The notes below the pieces were generated by a model. It was not told the DNA's origin and made no database searches. It worked only from the letters and a program-made list of their open reading frames with translations. DNA of 64,000 nt from Bacteroidales bacterium. GTDB lineage: Bacteria; Bacteroidota; Bacteroidia; Bacteroidales; JAAYJT01. Shown here piece after piece: positions 39,204-49,650 of this stretch (position 1 is the first letter of the stretch; each line of letters starts with the position of its first letter). The stretch covers positions 7,999 to 71,998 of the forward strand of contig JBASHR010000108.1 in NCBI GenBank assembly GCA_049654165.1, in the 5' to 3' direction. Both the position numbers and the translations under genes were made by a program.

Positions 39204-40729
39204 CCTGAAATACGGTTTATACCTGCTTTTGCTTTCTGGTGTATGCTTGTCTGATATTCATCAAAACGTAGTTTCAGACACATATTATAATAATACAGGG
39301 CTTTTTCGGGCTGTTTCATTATTTCGTATATCAAACCCAATTGCAAAGCTGAGTTTCCGGCATAAAAATAGGGCTGATCTTTTCCTGATTCTAATACCAG
39401 CCCATAATTTAAAACAGCCTGAGTGATCTTTCCCCATTCATGGAAAATTCTTGCTTTGCGATAAATATACTCAAGCGAGTCTTTTCTTGACGACAAATCA
39501 GAAGGAGCAAGTCCATTTTCCAGAGTTTTTAAAGCTGTTTTAAAATACCCGCCGTCAAAAAGCAGTCTTGCCTTAAGCAATCTTATATTGGGCAATTCGT
39601 TCGACAGAGCTTCAGCCTGAGCCTGCTTATCTTCATCAGTAAATGCCTTACCATGATCAGGTATCTGTGAAATATAAAAATGGTAGGCGTTTTCGTCGCC
39701 ATTAATCAGTGAGTTCCATGCCAGCCGCTGATATGCACTTTTTATATAGTTAGACCCTTCGTAACGGTTCACATAATTAAGCAAAGGACGGGCTGCATTT
39801 TTATCAAGGTGGTTCAGCTTTGCACATCCCAAAACAAAATCAAGATAGTAAAACGGATATGCGTTATCGGAAAAGTTACAATTTTCAATAATCTCAATGA
39901 CCTTATCATTTTCTTTAATGTGTTTGTTCAGGTTTACCTGAACATAACACATCAATGGTCCGCCAGCCAGGTCCTTTGATGTTTCAATACGCTTAAGCAA
40001 AGCAATGACAGCGTTTTTATCGTTATGAAGATTTATTTCAATGAATGAAAGATAAAAAAATGCTTCTGACCTGAAATGGCTCCACGACGGATTTATTTCA
40101 GCAATCCGTATCAATTCATATAATTTATTCCTTCCTGTTTCAATATTGCCTTCCATACCGGCAAGTCTGGCAGTCCATTTATATTTTTCTGGGATGCTTC
40201 CAATAAGAACGTTCATTACACCATCGAGCAACAAATCAGGTACAAATCCCGGATTTTCCTTTTTGTTTTCAGCTAACAGGCGATAAGCACGGTTCATATC
40301 AATACCGGCCATAAAATATTCACCAAACTTAACCCTTGCAAAAGCCCATTGCAGATATACGGTAGCCTGAGTGTACCGGTGCCATGGCGAAGCAGAATTT
40401 ATTGATTGCAATGCTTCAATTCGCTCGGCGCGATGCGGAAATAATTTCTCAAAATCCGAATTATCTTCACCAATTGCCAGGGTTAAAAAATCAATATAAT
40501 TCTCCAGAAGAAGGATTATTTTATTGTCAGAATCAATTTCTTTTTCCTTGTCCAACAGCTTCTTTCCTGCTCTAAAATTCAATGAAATGATTTCATTATA
40601 CGCATTTACACAGCGTGGATTGAAATCATACTGAGAAAACATAGGTTTTGAGCCAATTAGAAGAACAACGACTAATAGTATCTTCGGAATTGAAACTTTG
40701 GGCAAATATTTTGCAAAATGTTTTTTCAA
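39194..40729 (-). CDS. TPR-like repeat protein with an N-terminal signal/anchor (hypothetical)
   Basis: It is a 511-aa helical-repeat protein with a hydrophobic N-terminus (ILLVVVLLIGSKPMFSQ). Confidence 0.55.
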   Translation of the reverse strand: MKKHFAKYLPKVSIPKILLVVVLLIGSKPMFSQYDFNPRCVNAYNEIISLNFRAGKKLLDKEKEIDSDNKIILLLENYIDFLTLAIGEDNSDFEKLFPHRAERIEALQSINSASPWHRYTQATVYLQWAFARVKFGEYFMAGIDMNRAYRLLAENKKENPGFVPDLLLDGVMNVLIGSIPEKYKWTARLAGMEGNIETGRNKLYELIRIAEINPSWSHFRSEAFFYLSFIEINLHNDKNAVIALLKRIETSKDLAGGPLMCYVQVNLNKHIKENDKVIEIIENCNFSDNAYPFYYLDFVLGCAKLNHLDKNAARPLLNYVNRYEGSNYIKSAYQRLAWNSLINGDENAYHFYISQIPDHGKAFTDEDKQAQAEALSNELPNIRLLKARLLFDGGYFKTALKTLENGLAPSDLSSRKDSLEYIYRKARIFHEWGKITQAVLNYGLVLESGKDQPYFYAGNSALQLGLIYEIMKQPEKALYYYNMCLKLRFDEYQTSIHQKAKAGINRISGKK

Positions 40730-40762
40730 TATTCGGAAATAGGTTCAAAAAATTGTGCTTAT

Positions 40763-40791
40763 AAAAAAAGAGCCTCGTTAAAAAGAGGCTC
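40763..40791 (-). terminator. Rho-independent terminator after the zinc-ribbon gene
   Basis: The stem is GAGCCTC/GAGGCTC. On the minus strand it is followed by T7. Confidence 0.75.
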
Positions 40792-40814
40792 AGACAATTA
40801 TTTTCAAACAAAGA

Positions 40815-41678
40815 TCATTCTTTATTCTGGGCTGCTTCCACAATAAGGGGATCAACAAGAATACGTCCACAATATTCGCAAACTATGATCTTTTTATGCA
40901 TTTTTATATCAAGCTGGCGCTGGGGCGCAATTTTACTGAAACAGCCACCACAGGCATCCCTTTCAACCATTACCACTGCCAATCCGTTGCGCGCGCTTTT
41001 TCTGATTCGTGCATAGGCGTTGAGTAATCTTTCTTCAATCACTTTCTGATTGTTTTCTGATTGAACCTTAAGCACTTCCTCTTCCTTTTCAGTTTCGGAA
41101 ACAATATCTTTAAGCTCTTTCTTCTTTTGATCAAGGTCGCCGCGACGCTCATCAAGCTCTTGTTTTGCCTTGCTGATTTCTTCTTTTTTGGCTGCCAGAC
41201 TTAGATTAAATTCCTTTATCCTTTTTTCCGAAAGTTCTATATCAAGATTCTGGAACTCAATCTCTTTTTTCAAAGATTCAAACTCACGGTTATTTCTAAC
41301 ATTCATTTGCTGAGCAGAGTATTTTTCTAAAAGGGCCTTGCTGTTCCGTATATTTTGTTCAAGCTCATTAATTTTAGCTTTTATGCCCTCACCTTCCTTT
41401 TTGAAATTTGAGATCCTGGTTTCTAATCCAACCACCTCATCTTCAAGGTCTTCAACTTCAAGTGGGAGCTCTCCGCGCACAATCTTTATTCTGTCAATCT
41501 GTGAATCAATCTGTTGCAGGTTATATAAAGCTATAAGCTTGTTTTCAATTGAAACTACAGTATCATCAGCATCTTCCTGAATAGGAACATTTGCTACTGG
41601 TGTTTGTTTCTGAACTTTTGGTTCTTCCTGTTTAATTTGTTCAACTTCTGCTTTCGCAGTTTTCTTTTTGGCTGCCAT
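40815..41678 (-). CDS. Coiled-coil C4 zinc-ribbon protein (COG1579-like)
   Basis: A long coiled coil is followed by CGGCFSKI...CEYCGRIL. The conserved pairing with the Nif3 gene upstream also supports the call. Confidence 0.75.
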   Translation of the reverse strand: MAAKKKTAKAEVEQIKQEEPKVQKQTPVANVPIQEDADDTVVSIENKLIALYNLQQIDSQIDRIKIVRGELPLEVEDLEDEVVGLETRISNFKKEGEGIKAKINELEQNIRNSKALLEKYSAQQMNVRNNREFESLKKEIEFQNLDIELSEKRIKEFNLSLAAKKEEISKAKQELDERRGDLDQKKKELKDIVSETEKEEEVLKVQSENNQKVIEERLLNAYARIRKSARNGLAVVMVERDACGGCFSKIAPQRQLDIKMHKKIIVCEYCGRILVDPLIVEAAQNKE

Positions 41679-41696
41679 TGGTTATTAAATTATTTA

Positions 41697-42803
41697 TTAC
41701 AAATATTTTATCGGATTTGTGTTTTGTTTTGTTTTAAGGACGGCAAAATTAGGAAATTTTTTCATAAGTGCCTGCGCAATTAAATCTTTACTAAACTGCT
41801 CTGATTCATAATGCCCAATATCGGCAAGGATAATCTTATTTTCTGGAATAAAAAAATCATGATATTTCAAATCGCCCGTTAAAAAAACATTAGCACCGGC
41901 TCTCACAGCATCGTTTATCAGAAAACTTCCTGAGCCACCGCAAACAGCTATTTTCTTTATGATCCGGGTAAGATCCCCTGTGTATCTGATCGTTGGCAAA
42001 CCACATATTGATTTTACTTTTTCCAGAAATCCTGAAGCAGAAATTTCTTCATCAAGCTCACCAATCATACCACTGCCAATATATTTATCGCTGTTTCCCA
42101 AAAGTAAAATATCATATGCAACTTCTTCATAAGGATGAGCTTCAATCATTTTCTCAATAATGGTTTGCTCAAGATATGACGGGAATATTGCTTCTATCTT
42201 CACCTCTTTTTCAAAATGAATTTCCCCAATATTTCCTACAAATGGATTTGCTTCATCCAAAGCTCTGAATGAGCCTTCTCCCATTGTGTTATACGAACAA
42301 CTGTCGTAGTTCCCAATACGCCCTGCACCCGCTTCGAAAATAGCATTACGAACCTTAGCAGCATGTTCAACAGGGCAAAATGTCACCAATTTTCTGAGAG
42401 TTTCAGATTTTGGTTTCAGGATTTTAAGGTTTGAAAGCCCAAATTTCTCAGCCAGATGCTTGTTAAGTCCTTTATAATGATTGTCGAGGTTGGTATGAAT
42501 TGCATAAATACCAATCCTGTTCTGGATTGCTTTTTTTACAACCCGCTCAACATAATTTCGTCCGGTGATTTTTTTCAGGCCTCCAAAAATCAAAGGATGA
42601 TGGGCAATAACCAATCCAGAGCCAGTTTCAACAGCCTCATCAATTATTGATTCGGTCACATCAACACAAACCAGCACGCTGTTTATCTCCTGCTCCGGAT
42701 CGCCTATCTGAAAACCTGAATTATCATAATCTTCCTGATAAGCAAGCGGAAATTCACTATCAAGAAATTGGGTAATATGTTTTGTAAGCATAATTTCAAT
42801 CAA
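41697..42803 (-). CDS. Nif3-like dinuclear metal centre protein
   Basis: The motifs VIAHHPLIFGG, IYAIHTNLD, an inserted PII-like domain and DIGHYESE are present. The start could instead be the M at 42791. Confidence 0.85.
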   Translation of the reverse strand: MIEIMLTKHITQFLDSEFPLAYQEDYDNSGFQIGDPEQEINSVLVCVDVTESIIDEAVETGSGLVIAHHPLIFGGLKKITGRNYVERVVKKAIQNRIGIYAIHTNLDNHYKGLNKHLAEKFGLSNLKILKPKSETLRKLVTFCPVEHAAKVRNAIFEAGAGRIGNYDSCSYNTMGEGSFRALDEANPFVGNIGEIHFEKEVKIEAIFPSYLEQTIIEKMIEAHPYEEVAYDILLLGNSDKYIGSGMIGELDEEISASGFLEKVKSICGLPTIRYTGDLTRIIKKIAVCGGSGSFLINDAVRAGANVFLTGDLKYHDFFIPENKIILADIGHYESEQFSKDLIAQALMKKFPNFAVLKTKQNTNPIKYL

Positions 42804-43055
42804 TTTTAGACGATTAATAAAATCCTTTATTATTTACAAAATCCATTTCCATTACATAAGTTTGGGAAAACAAAATTTCTTAATGATCTTTTAAAACCAT
42901 TGACAATAATGCTAAGAAATTGTTAAATGAACAAAATTAAATAATAAATGCAAACAATTCAGCCTGAACTAAAAACAAATTTTTGTATCTTGCGCCTCTA
43001 TTAGTAAAAGAAGGGGTTTGTTTTTTGCCGGTAGGGTCAGTTAAACGCTTTTATA

Positions 43056-44150
43056 ATGCGAAGGTTGTTTTTATATCCATTCAGTCTGATTTACGGATTA
43101 ATAATGATTATCCGTAATTGGTTGTATGATAAAAACATTTTTAAATCCAAAGAATTCGACATTCCGGTTATTAGTGTAGGAAACCTTTCAGTAGGGGGTA
43201 CAGGTAAAACACCTCATATTGAATACCTTATACGTTTACTTTCCGGCAAATACAATATTGCAACCTTAAGCAGGGGATATAAGAGAAAAACCAGAGGGTT
43301 TATACAAGCCTCTGCTAATTCCACAGCAACAGAGGTTGGTGACGAACCTCTGCAAATAGTCAATAAGTTTGAAAACATCAAAGTATTCGTTGATGAAAAC
43401 CGAAAACATGGAATTAAAGAAATATTGCATCGTTTTCCTGAAACTGATATAATTCTTCTTGATGATGCTTTTCAGCACAGGGCTGTGAAACCGGGTCTTT
43501 CAATATTACTGACTGACTATTTTCAGCTTTACTCAAACGATTATATTTTGCCTTCGGGTAATCTGCGTGAGCCAAGGCGCGGAGCCAAACGTGCCGACAT
43601 AATAGTTGTTACTAAAACCGGAAGGGTGTATTCGCCAATTGTTCATAAACAACTTGTTGATTCGCTTAAACCACAAATACACCAAAATATTTACCTTTCT
43701 TATATTAAATATGGCATGTTGACTCCGGTTAATTCACAGATAAGTCAGGATCAGAAAATAAAGACAATAAACACAATTTTATTGTTTTCCGGTATTGCGA
43801 ACCCTTATCCGCTTGAGCATCATCTAAAAAAGCAATGTTCTGAGTTAATCACGGTTACTTTTCCGGATCACCACCAATACAATGCTTCAGATATTGAAAT
43901 GATAAACCAGAAATGGAATGATATCTACACAAAAAACAAGATCCTGGTAACGACCGAGAAGGATTATATGCGGCTGAAAAATCCTGAGATTTGGGAATTG
44001 GTTGTAAATTTGCCGATTCATTACATTTCCATTGAAGTTGATTTTCACAATGGAGGGAAAAATTTCTTTGATCGTCAAATTTTTGATTATGTTGAAAAAA
44101 ATAAAGGAAACTCACGAATACATTCAAACCAGAATAAAAACCAAACCTGA
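43056..44150 (+). CDS. lpxK: Tetraacyldisaccharide 4'-kinase
   Basis: The P-loop is VISVGNLSVGGTGKTP, followed by SRGYKRK. Length is 364 aa. Confidence 0.9.
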   Translation: MRRLFLYPFSLIYGLIMIIRNWLYDKNIFKSKEFDIPVISVGNLSVGGTGKTPHIEYLIRLLSGKYNIATLSRGYKRKTRGFIQASANSTATEVGDEPLQIVNKFENIKVFVDENRKHGIKEILHRFPETDIILLDDAFQHRAVKPGLSILLTDYFQLYSNDYILPSGNLREPRRGAKRADIIVVTKTGRVYSPIVHKQLVDSLKPQIHQNIYLSYIKYGMLTPVNSQISQDQKIKTINTILLFSGIANPYPLEHHLKKQCSELITVTFPDHHQYNASDIEMINQKWNDIYTKNKILVTTEKDYMRLKNPEIWELVVNLPIHYISIEVDFHNGGKNFFDRQIFDYVEKNKGNSRIHSNQNKNQT

Positions 44151-44901
44151 AGTCGGGATTATTCTTGGCACCGGATTAGGAGGGCTGATAAATGAAATAA
44201 CTATTGAGGAAAGTATCCCTTATCAGGAGATTCCAAATTTTCCGGTTTCAACGGTTGATGGACATAATGGCCGTTTGATTTTTGGCACTCTCAGCGGCAA
44301 AAATATTGTTGCAATGCAGGGTCGTTTTCATTATTATGAAGGCTATACCATGCAGGAAGTAACATTTCCCATCAGAGTTTTTAAGTTACTGGGTATAAGA
44401 ACATTAATACTATCAAATGCAAGCGGGGGAGTAAATCCTGAATTTGAAATCGGAGATATGATGATCATCACCGATCATATTAATCTGTTGCCAACTAATC
44501 CTTTGATAGGTCCTAACGACAATGAGTTTGGTCCTCGTTTTCCTGATATGAGCGAAGCCTATAGTGATGAACTTATCCATAAAGCCATAAAAATTGCACG
44601 TCGGCACAACATTAAATATCAAACCGGTGTATATGCTGCCGTAACAGGGCCAATGTACGAAACCCCTGCCGAGTATCGCTATATCAGAACCATTGGCGCC
44701 GATGCTGTTGGTATGTCAACCATCCCTGAAGTGATTGTGGCCAGACAAATGGATATACCTTGTTTTGCAATAAGCGTTATTACCGACCTTGGTGTAACAG
44801 GCAAAATTGTTGAGGTTTCGCATAATGATGTTATTGCTGCAGCTTCACGGGTCGAACCAAAAGTAACATTATTGATCAAAGAATTATTAACAGGTATATA
44901 A
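44089..44901 (+). CDS. punA: Purine nucleoside phosphorylase (trimeric PNP family)
   Basis: The motifs GIILGTGLGGL, GHNGRLIFG, MQGRFHYYEG and GADAVGMSTIPE are present. I prefer the start at 44089 (MLKKIKETHEYI). It overlaps lpxK by 62 nt. Confidence 0.85.
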   Translation: MLKKIKETHEYIQTRIKTKPEVGIILGTGLGGLINEITIEESIPYQEIPNFPVSTVDGHNGRLIFGTLSGKNIVAMQGRFHYYEGYTMQEVTFPIRVFKLLGIRTLILSNASGGVNPEFEIGDMMIITDHINLLPTNPLIGPNDNEFGPRFPDMSEAYSDELIHKAIKIARRHNIKYQTGVYAAVTGPMYETPAEYRYIRTIGADAVGMSTIPEVIVARQMDIPCFAISVITDLGVTGKIVEVSHNDVIAAASRVEPKVTLLIKELLTGI

Positions 44902-44938
44902 TTCATTTTCAATTATTTTCATAATTAAAACAAAGCAA

Positions 44939-45733
44939 GTGAAGCCGGACTCCAATAATAAAAAAATCTATTTTGCTTCTGACTTTCATTTGGGAATACC
45001 TACCTATGAAGCCAGTTTTAAACGCGAAAAATTATTGATCCGGTGGCTTGATGAAATCAAAGAAGATGCTGAAGCTATTTATCTGATGGGAGATATTTTT
45101 GATTTCTGGTTCGAATATAAAACCGTTATTCAAAAAGGATACGTCAGATTACTCGGGAAGCTCGCTGAAATTACCGATTCAGGGATTCCGGTACATATTT
45201 TCAAAGGCAATCACGACATATGGGCTAAAGATTATTTAAAAAAGGAAGTAGGCATTCAACTTCATGACGACACGCTGCTCACGGATATTTACGGAAAACG
45301 TTTTTTTCTTGCTCATGGCGATGGACTAGGTCCGGGGGATTTCGGATATAAATTCATGAAAAGAATATTTCAGAATCGTTTTAACCAATGGCTTTTCAGA
45401 TGGCTGCATCCTGATCTGGGCTCAGGCATTGCATTATTTTTCTCAAGAAAGAGTCGTTGTGCCAATAACGCACGGGAAGAAAAATATGGCTTCCCGCCGA
45501 TTGAAGAGGAGATGATGTACAGCTACAGCCTTACGAAACTGGATGAGCATCCTGATATTGATTATTTTGTTTTCGGGCATCGCCATATGCCAACCGATAT
45601 TATTTTAAAAAACAATACCAGATTAATCGTCCTGGGCGATTGGCTAATTCACTACAGTTACGCAGTTTTTGACGGAGAACGATTTGAACTGAAAGTATTT
45701 GAACCCGCTTTTGAGCAAAATAATGACCAGTAA
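44939..45733 (+). CDS. lpxH: UDP-2,3-diacylglucosamine diphosphatase
   Basis: The calcineurin-like motifs SDFHLG, GDIFDFW, GNHD and HGD are present. It has a GTG start. Confidence 0.8.
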   Translation: MKPDSNNKKIYFASDFHLGIPTYEASFKREKLLIRWLDEIKEDAEAIYLMGDIFDFWFEYKTVIQKGYVRLLGKLAEITDSGIPVHIFKGNHDIWAKDYLKKEVGIQLHDDTLLTDIYGKRFFLAHGDGLGPGDFGYKFMKRIFQNRFNQWLFRWLHPDLGSGIALFFSRKSRCANNAREEKYGFPPIEEEMMYSYSLTKLDEHPDIDYFVFGHRHMPTDIILKNNTRLIVLGDWLIHYSYAVFDGERFELKVFEPAFEQNNDQ

Positions 45734-45844
45734 TTTTGTTATTTCTGTATTAAAAAATATCTGCTTTTAAATTTAATCCCTATTCGGCACATTTTTTATT
45801 AAACAAATTAGTACTTTCACGCCGAAAAGATAACACCAGTTATT

Positions 45845-47113
45845 ATGAGAACTCTGTTTATAATTCTGTTTAGCCTTATCACACTAAACGTATTTCCAAA
45901 TTTTGATGACTACTTCAGTTTCAAAACATTAAGGCTGGATTATTTTCGAACCGGTAATTATGAAACCGAAATCATCTCAATTGATGAACTGATTGAAGAG
46001 CCTTTTTGGGGTGGTTCAAAAACAAAGTTATTTGATCAGTTTGATTATGGCAATCACAAATTTGAAGTTTATGAGTATTTGAATAATATTCTGATTTATT
46101 CACATACTTACAGTTCACTTTTTAACGAATGGCAAACCACCGCCGAAGCCAAAGAAACCTGGCGGACTTTTAACGAAAGCATAGTTTTTCCATTTCCTCT
46201 GCAAAAAGTAAATGTGGTATTCTATACCAGAGATTATAACAATGAATGGATCGAAAAATTTCGCTATTTGATTGACCCAGCAAGTATTTTTATTTCCAAA
46301 GAGCGTAAATCAGTTTTTCCGGTTTTCGAAGTATCATTGTCAAATGACACATGGAATGCATTGGATATCGTGTTCATACCCGAAGGATACACAAAAGACG
46401 AAATGCCAAAATTCCGTAACGATTGCCTTCGCTTTGCGGATTATTTGTTAAAAGCAAAACCTTTTTCTGAAAATCAGGATTTCATCAATATACGCGCTGT
46501 TTTGGCACCTTCCAACGAATCAGGGATAGACATCCCAGGGCAAAACATCTGGAAGCAAACTGCTGTAAACAGTAATTTTTACACTTTTGGGGTAGACCGC
46601 TATCTTACAACCATGGATTTAAAAAGTGTAAGAAATATAGCTGCCAATGTACCCTACGATCAGATGATCATTCTGGTTAACAGCAAGAAATATGGTGGAG
46701 GAGGCATTTATAATTATTATGCAATCACCACTACTGATCATTTTCAGGCTGATTATGTATTTATCCACGAATTTGGCCATGCCCTGGCAGGGTTAGGCGA
46801 TGAATACTATTCGTCAGAAGTTGCGTATGAGGATTTTTACAATCTGCAAGTTGAACCCTGGGAGCCCAATCTGACGACAATGATTGATTTTGATAGAAAA
46901 TGGGCGGATATGATTGAACCCGGAACTCCTATTCCCACACCCGCCGACGAGGCATACCGAAAAACAGTAGGAGTTTTTGAAGGCGGAGGATATATGGCAA
47001 AAGGAGTTTATCGTCCGTTTTACGATTGCACCATGAAGTCAGCAGGTTACGATAATTTCTGCCCTGTTTGTATTCGTTCAATACAGCGTATTATTGATTC
47101 ACACAAGCAGTAA
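45845..47113 (+). CDS. Secreted M64-family (IgA-peptidase-like) zinc metallopeptidase
   Basis: It has a signal peptide. The motif HEFGHALAGLGDEY is present. Length is 422 aa. Confidence 0.75.
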   Translation: MRTLFIILFSLITLNVFPNFDDYFSFKTLRLDYFRTGNYETEIISIDELIEEPFWGGSKTKLFDQFDYGNHKFEVYEYLNNILIYSHTYSSLFNEWQTTAEAKETWRTFNESIVFPFPLQKVNVVFYTRDYNNEWIEKFRYLIDPASIFISKERKSVFPVFEVSLSNDTWNALDIVFIPEGYTKDEMPKFRNDCLRFADYLLKAKPFSENQDFINIRAVLAPSNESGIDIPGQNIWKQTAVNSNFYTFGVDRYLTTMDLKSVRNIAANVPYDQMIILVNSKKYGGGGIYNYYAITTTDHFQADYVFIHEFGHALAGLGDEYYSSEVAYEDFYNLQVEPWEPNLTTMIDFDRKWADMIEPGTPIPTPADEAYRKTVGVFEGGGYMAKGVYRPFYDCTMKSAGYDNFCPVCIRSIQRIIDSHKQ

Positions 47114-47204
47114 AATATTTCAACTGTCAAAAAATCCATAAATTTTTCATTATTTTGCAATATCTTAGATAAAAAACAATAATTCTTCACTAAATTACCC
47201 TATC

Positions 47205-48101
47205 ATGTTAAAATCATTGAGCATACTTCTTGAACTTGCAAAACAGAAAGGCAAATGTCGGGTAGCCGTTGCTGCTGCTGCCGACAGACATGTTCTTGAG
47301 GCCCTGATGATGGCTAAAAACGAAGGTTTTGCAGAACCTATCCTTGTTGGAGAAAAAGAAGCTATCAAAAAAATAGCGCAGGAACTTGGCTTTGACCTCT
47401 CAACAATTGAAATAATTGATATTGCCGATCCATTTATGGCTTCTGTAGAAGCTGTTTCTCTGATTCGGAATAAAAAAGCCGATATTTTAATGAAAGGGCT
47501 GGTAGGAACCGGTCCTATGCTTAAAGCAGTACTCGATAAAGAAAATGGATTACGCAAGGGAGCTGTACTTAGTCATGTAGCATTATTTGAAACACAGTTT
47601 TATCACAAACTACTTGGCGTTACTGATGCAGCTATGAATGTAGCACCTGAATTTGATGATAAAGTGAGTCTGGTTCAAAATGCAATTGAGGTTTTTCATA
47701 AGCTTGGAATAAAAGAGCCCAAAGTGGCTGTGATAGGAGCTGTTGAAACAGTAAATCCAAAGATGGAAGCCACCGTTCATGCTGCTATGCTTACTCAAAT
47801 GAACCGCCGCAAACAGATAAAAGGATGTATCATTGACGGACCTCTTGCACTTGATAATGCAGTCTCGGCCGAATCGGCTCAGCACAAGGGAATAGTTAGC
47901 GATGTGGCCGGAGATGTTGACCTGATAGTTACTCCGGATATCAACAGCGGAAATGTGTTGTACAAAGCAATGAACTTTCTTGGAGGAGCAACCACTGCTG
48001 CAGTTATTATGGGTGCCAGAGTTCCTATTGTGCTAACTTCAAGGGCTGACTCTGAAAGAAGTAAGCTCATGTCAATTGCTCTTGCAGCAGCTATCAGTTA
48101 A
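47205..48101 (+). CDS. ptb: Phosphate butyryltransferase / phosphate acyltransferase
   Basis: It is a 298-aa PTA_PTB-family protein with VAAAADRHVLEAL and ILMKGLV. It lies directly upstream of butyrate kinase. Confidence 0.8.
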   Translation: MLKSLSILLELAKQKGKCRVAVAAAADRHVLEALMMAKNEGFAEPILVGEKEAIKKIAQELGFDLSTIEIIDIADPFMASVEAVSLIRNKKADILMKGLVGTGPMLKAVLDKENGLRKGAVLSHVALFETQFYHKLLGVTDAAMNVAPEFDDKVSLVQNAIEVFHKLGIKEPKVAVIGAVETVNPKMEATVHAAMLTQMNRRKQIKGCIIDGPLALDNAVSAESAQHKGIVSDVAGDVDLIVTPDINSGNVLYKAMNFLGGATTAAVIMGARVPIVLTSRADSERSKLMSIALAAAIS

Positions 48102-48128
48102 TATTAAAAAATCATTATTTATCAGTTC

Positions 48129-49205
48129 ATGGAAGAATTTCGTATTCTGGCAATAAACCCAGGTTCTACTTCTACTAAAATCGCTGTTTATGCAGGATTA
48201 TCGCCTGTATTGGTTAAAAACATCAGCCATTCCAATGAAGAATTATCAAAATTTGATAAAATAACCGATCAGTATTCATACCGTAAAGACATTATTTACA
48301 GGGAAATGCAGGAAGCTGAAATTCTTCTTGGGATGATACGCGCTGTGGTAGGCAGAGGCGGACTGCTTAAACCAATTCCTTCGGGAGTTTATTTAGTTAA
48401 TGAAAAAATGAAAGCCGACCTGCGCAATAGTCCTATGGGTGAACATGCAAGTAATCTTGGCGGACTTATTGCCGATGATATTGCCAAAACGCTTCCTGAC
48501 GCAAAAGCATATATTGCTGATCCTGTTGTAGTTGACGAACTACAGGATATTGCACGTATTTCAGGGCATCCTGCATTCAAAAGGATCTCAATATTTCATG
48601 CTCTGAACCAGAAAGCAGTAGCCCGTGCACATGCCAAATCAATTATGAAAGCATATGAAGAGCTAAACCTCATTGTTGTTCATCTTGGAGGTGGCATTAC
48701 TATTGGGGCTCATAAAAACGGACGTGTAATTGATGTAAACCAGGGGCTGGACGGAGAAGGACCGTTCTCACCGGAGCGCAGCGGAACATTGCCTACTGCT
48801 GATCTTATAAAAGCATGTTTCAGCGGGAAATATACTGAAAAACAATTGCTGAAAATGGCAAAAGGAGAAGGCGGAATGGTAGCACACCTCGGAACTAACA
48901 GTGCCTACGAAGTTGAACAAAGGGTTCAGCAAGGCGATAAGGAAGCATTACTGATTTTTGATGCGATGGCATATCAGGTAGCAAAATATATAGGAGCAAT
49001 GTCAACTGTTCTCTACGGACATGTTGACGGAATCCTTATCACCGGTGGAATTGCGAAAAGTGCATGGTTTGTGAACCGTATTATGGAACGGGTACATCGT
49101 ATTGCGCCGGTATATGTTTATCCCGGTGAAGACGAAATGCGTGCTCTTGCAATGAACGGACTTATGGTGCTTCGTGGTGAAATAGAACCCAAAATTTACG
49201 AGTAA
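48129..49205 (+). CDS. buk: Butyrate kinase
   Basis: The motifs ILAINPGSTSTKIAVY, VVHLGGGITIGAH and ILITGGIA are present. Length is 358 aa. Confidence 0.9.
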   Translation: MEEFRILAINPGSTSTKIAVYAGLSPVLVKNISHSNEELSKFDKITDQYSYRKDIIYREMQEAEILLGMIRAVVGRGGLLKPIPSGVYLVNEKMKADLRNSPMGEHASNLGGLIADDIAKTLPDAKAYIADPVVVDELQDIARISGHPAFKRISIFHALNQKAVARAHAKSIMKAYEELNLIVVHLGGGITIGAHKNGRVIDVNQGLDGEGPFSPERSGTLPTADLIKACFSGKYTEKQLLKMAKGEGGMVAHLGTNSAYEVEQRVQQGDKEALLIFDAMAYQVAKYIGAMSTVLYGHVDGILITGGIAKSAWFVNRIMERVHRIAPVYVYPGEDEMRALAMNGLMVLRGEIEPKIYE

Positions 49206-49650
49206 ACCCTTAGGTTGTCTTAGTCTCTCGCTGAGATATTATTGCTTTCTTTTATTATCAAAAAAACAATCTGCTGTGTAAGTTGGATTCAGTGAATTAT
49301 TAGTCCGCAAATAACTCACTGATCAACAATCTCTTACCAGATAAGCAACATTCCATTTGATTTAATTTTTTTCTTAACGCGGGTTTTGATGAAAACAGGC
49401 AAAAATCATAGCCATCTTATATATGATATTTGGCACTTCAGATTGAACAAAATCACGGGGTTTATGTTCTCTTAATAAAGTGTAGTCTGTTGTAAATCAG
49501 GACTATATTAATTAGTTTTTTGTTATTATGTTCTTTATAAACCTGGTTACAACCAAACTCCATTTTTATTTGGAAATAATATGAAAATATATGCATGTTT
49601 AACAAAAAAACTGAATTTATTATAAAACTAAATGATACAGAGGTAATAAA

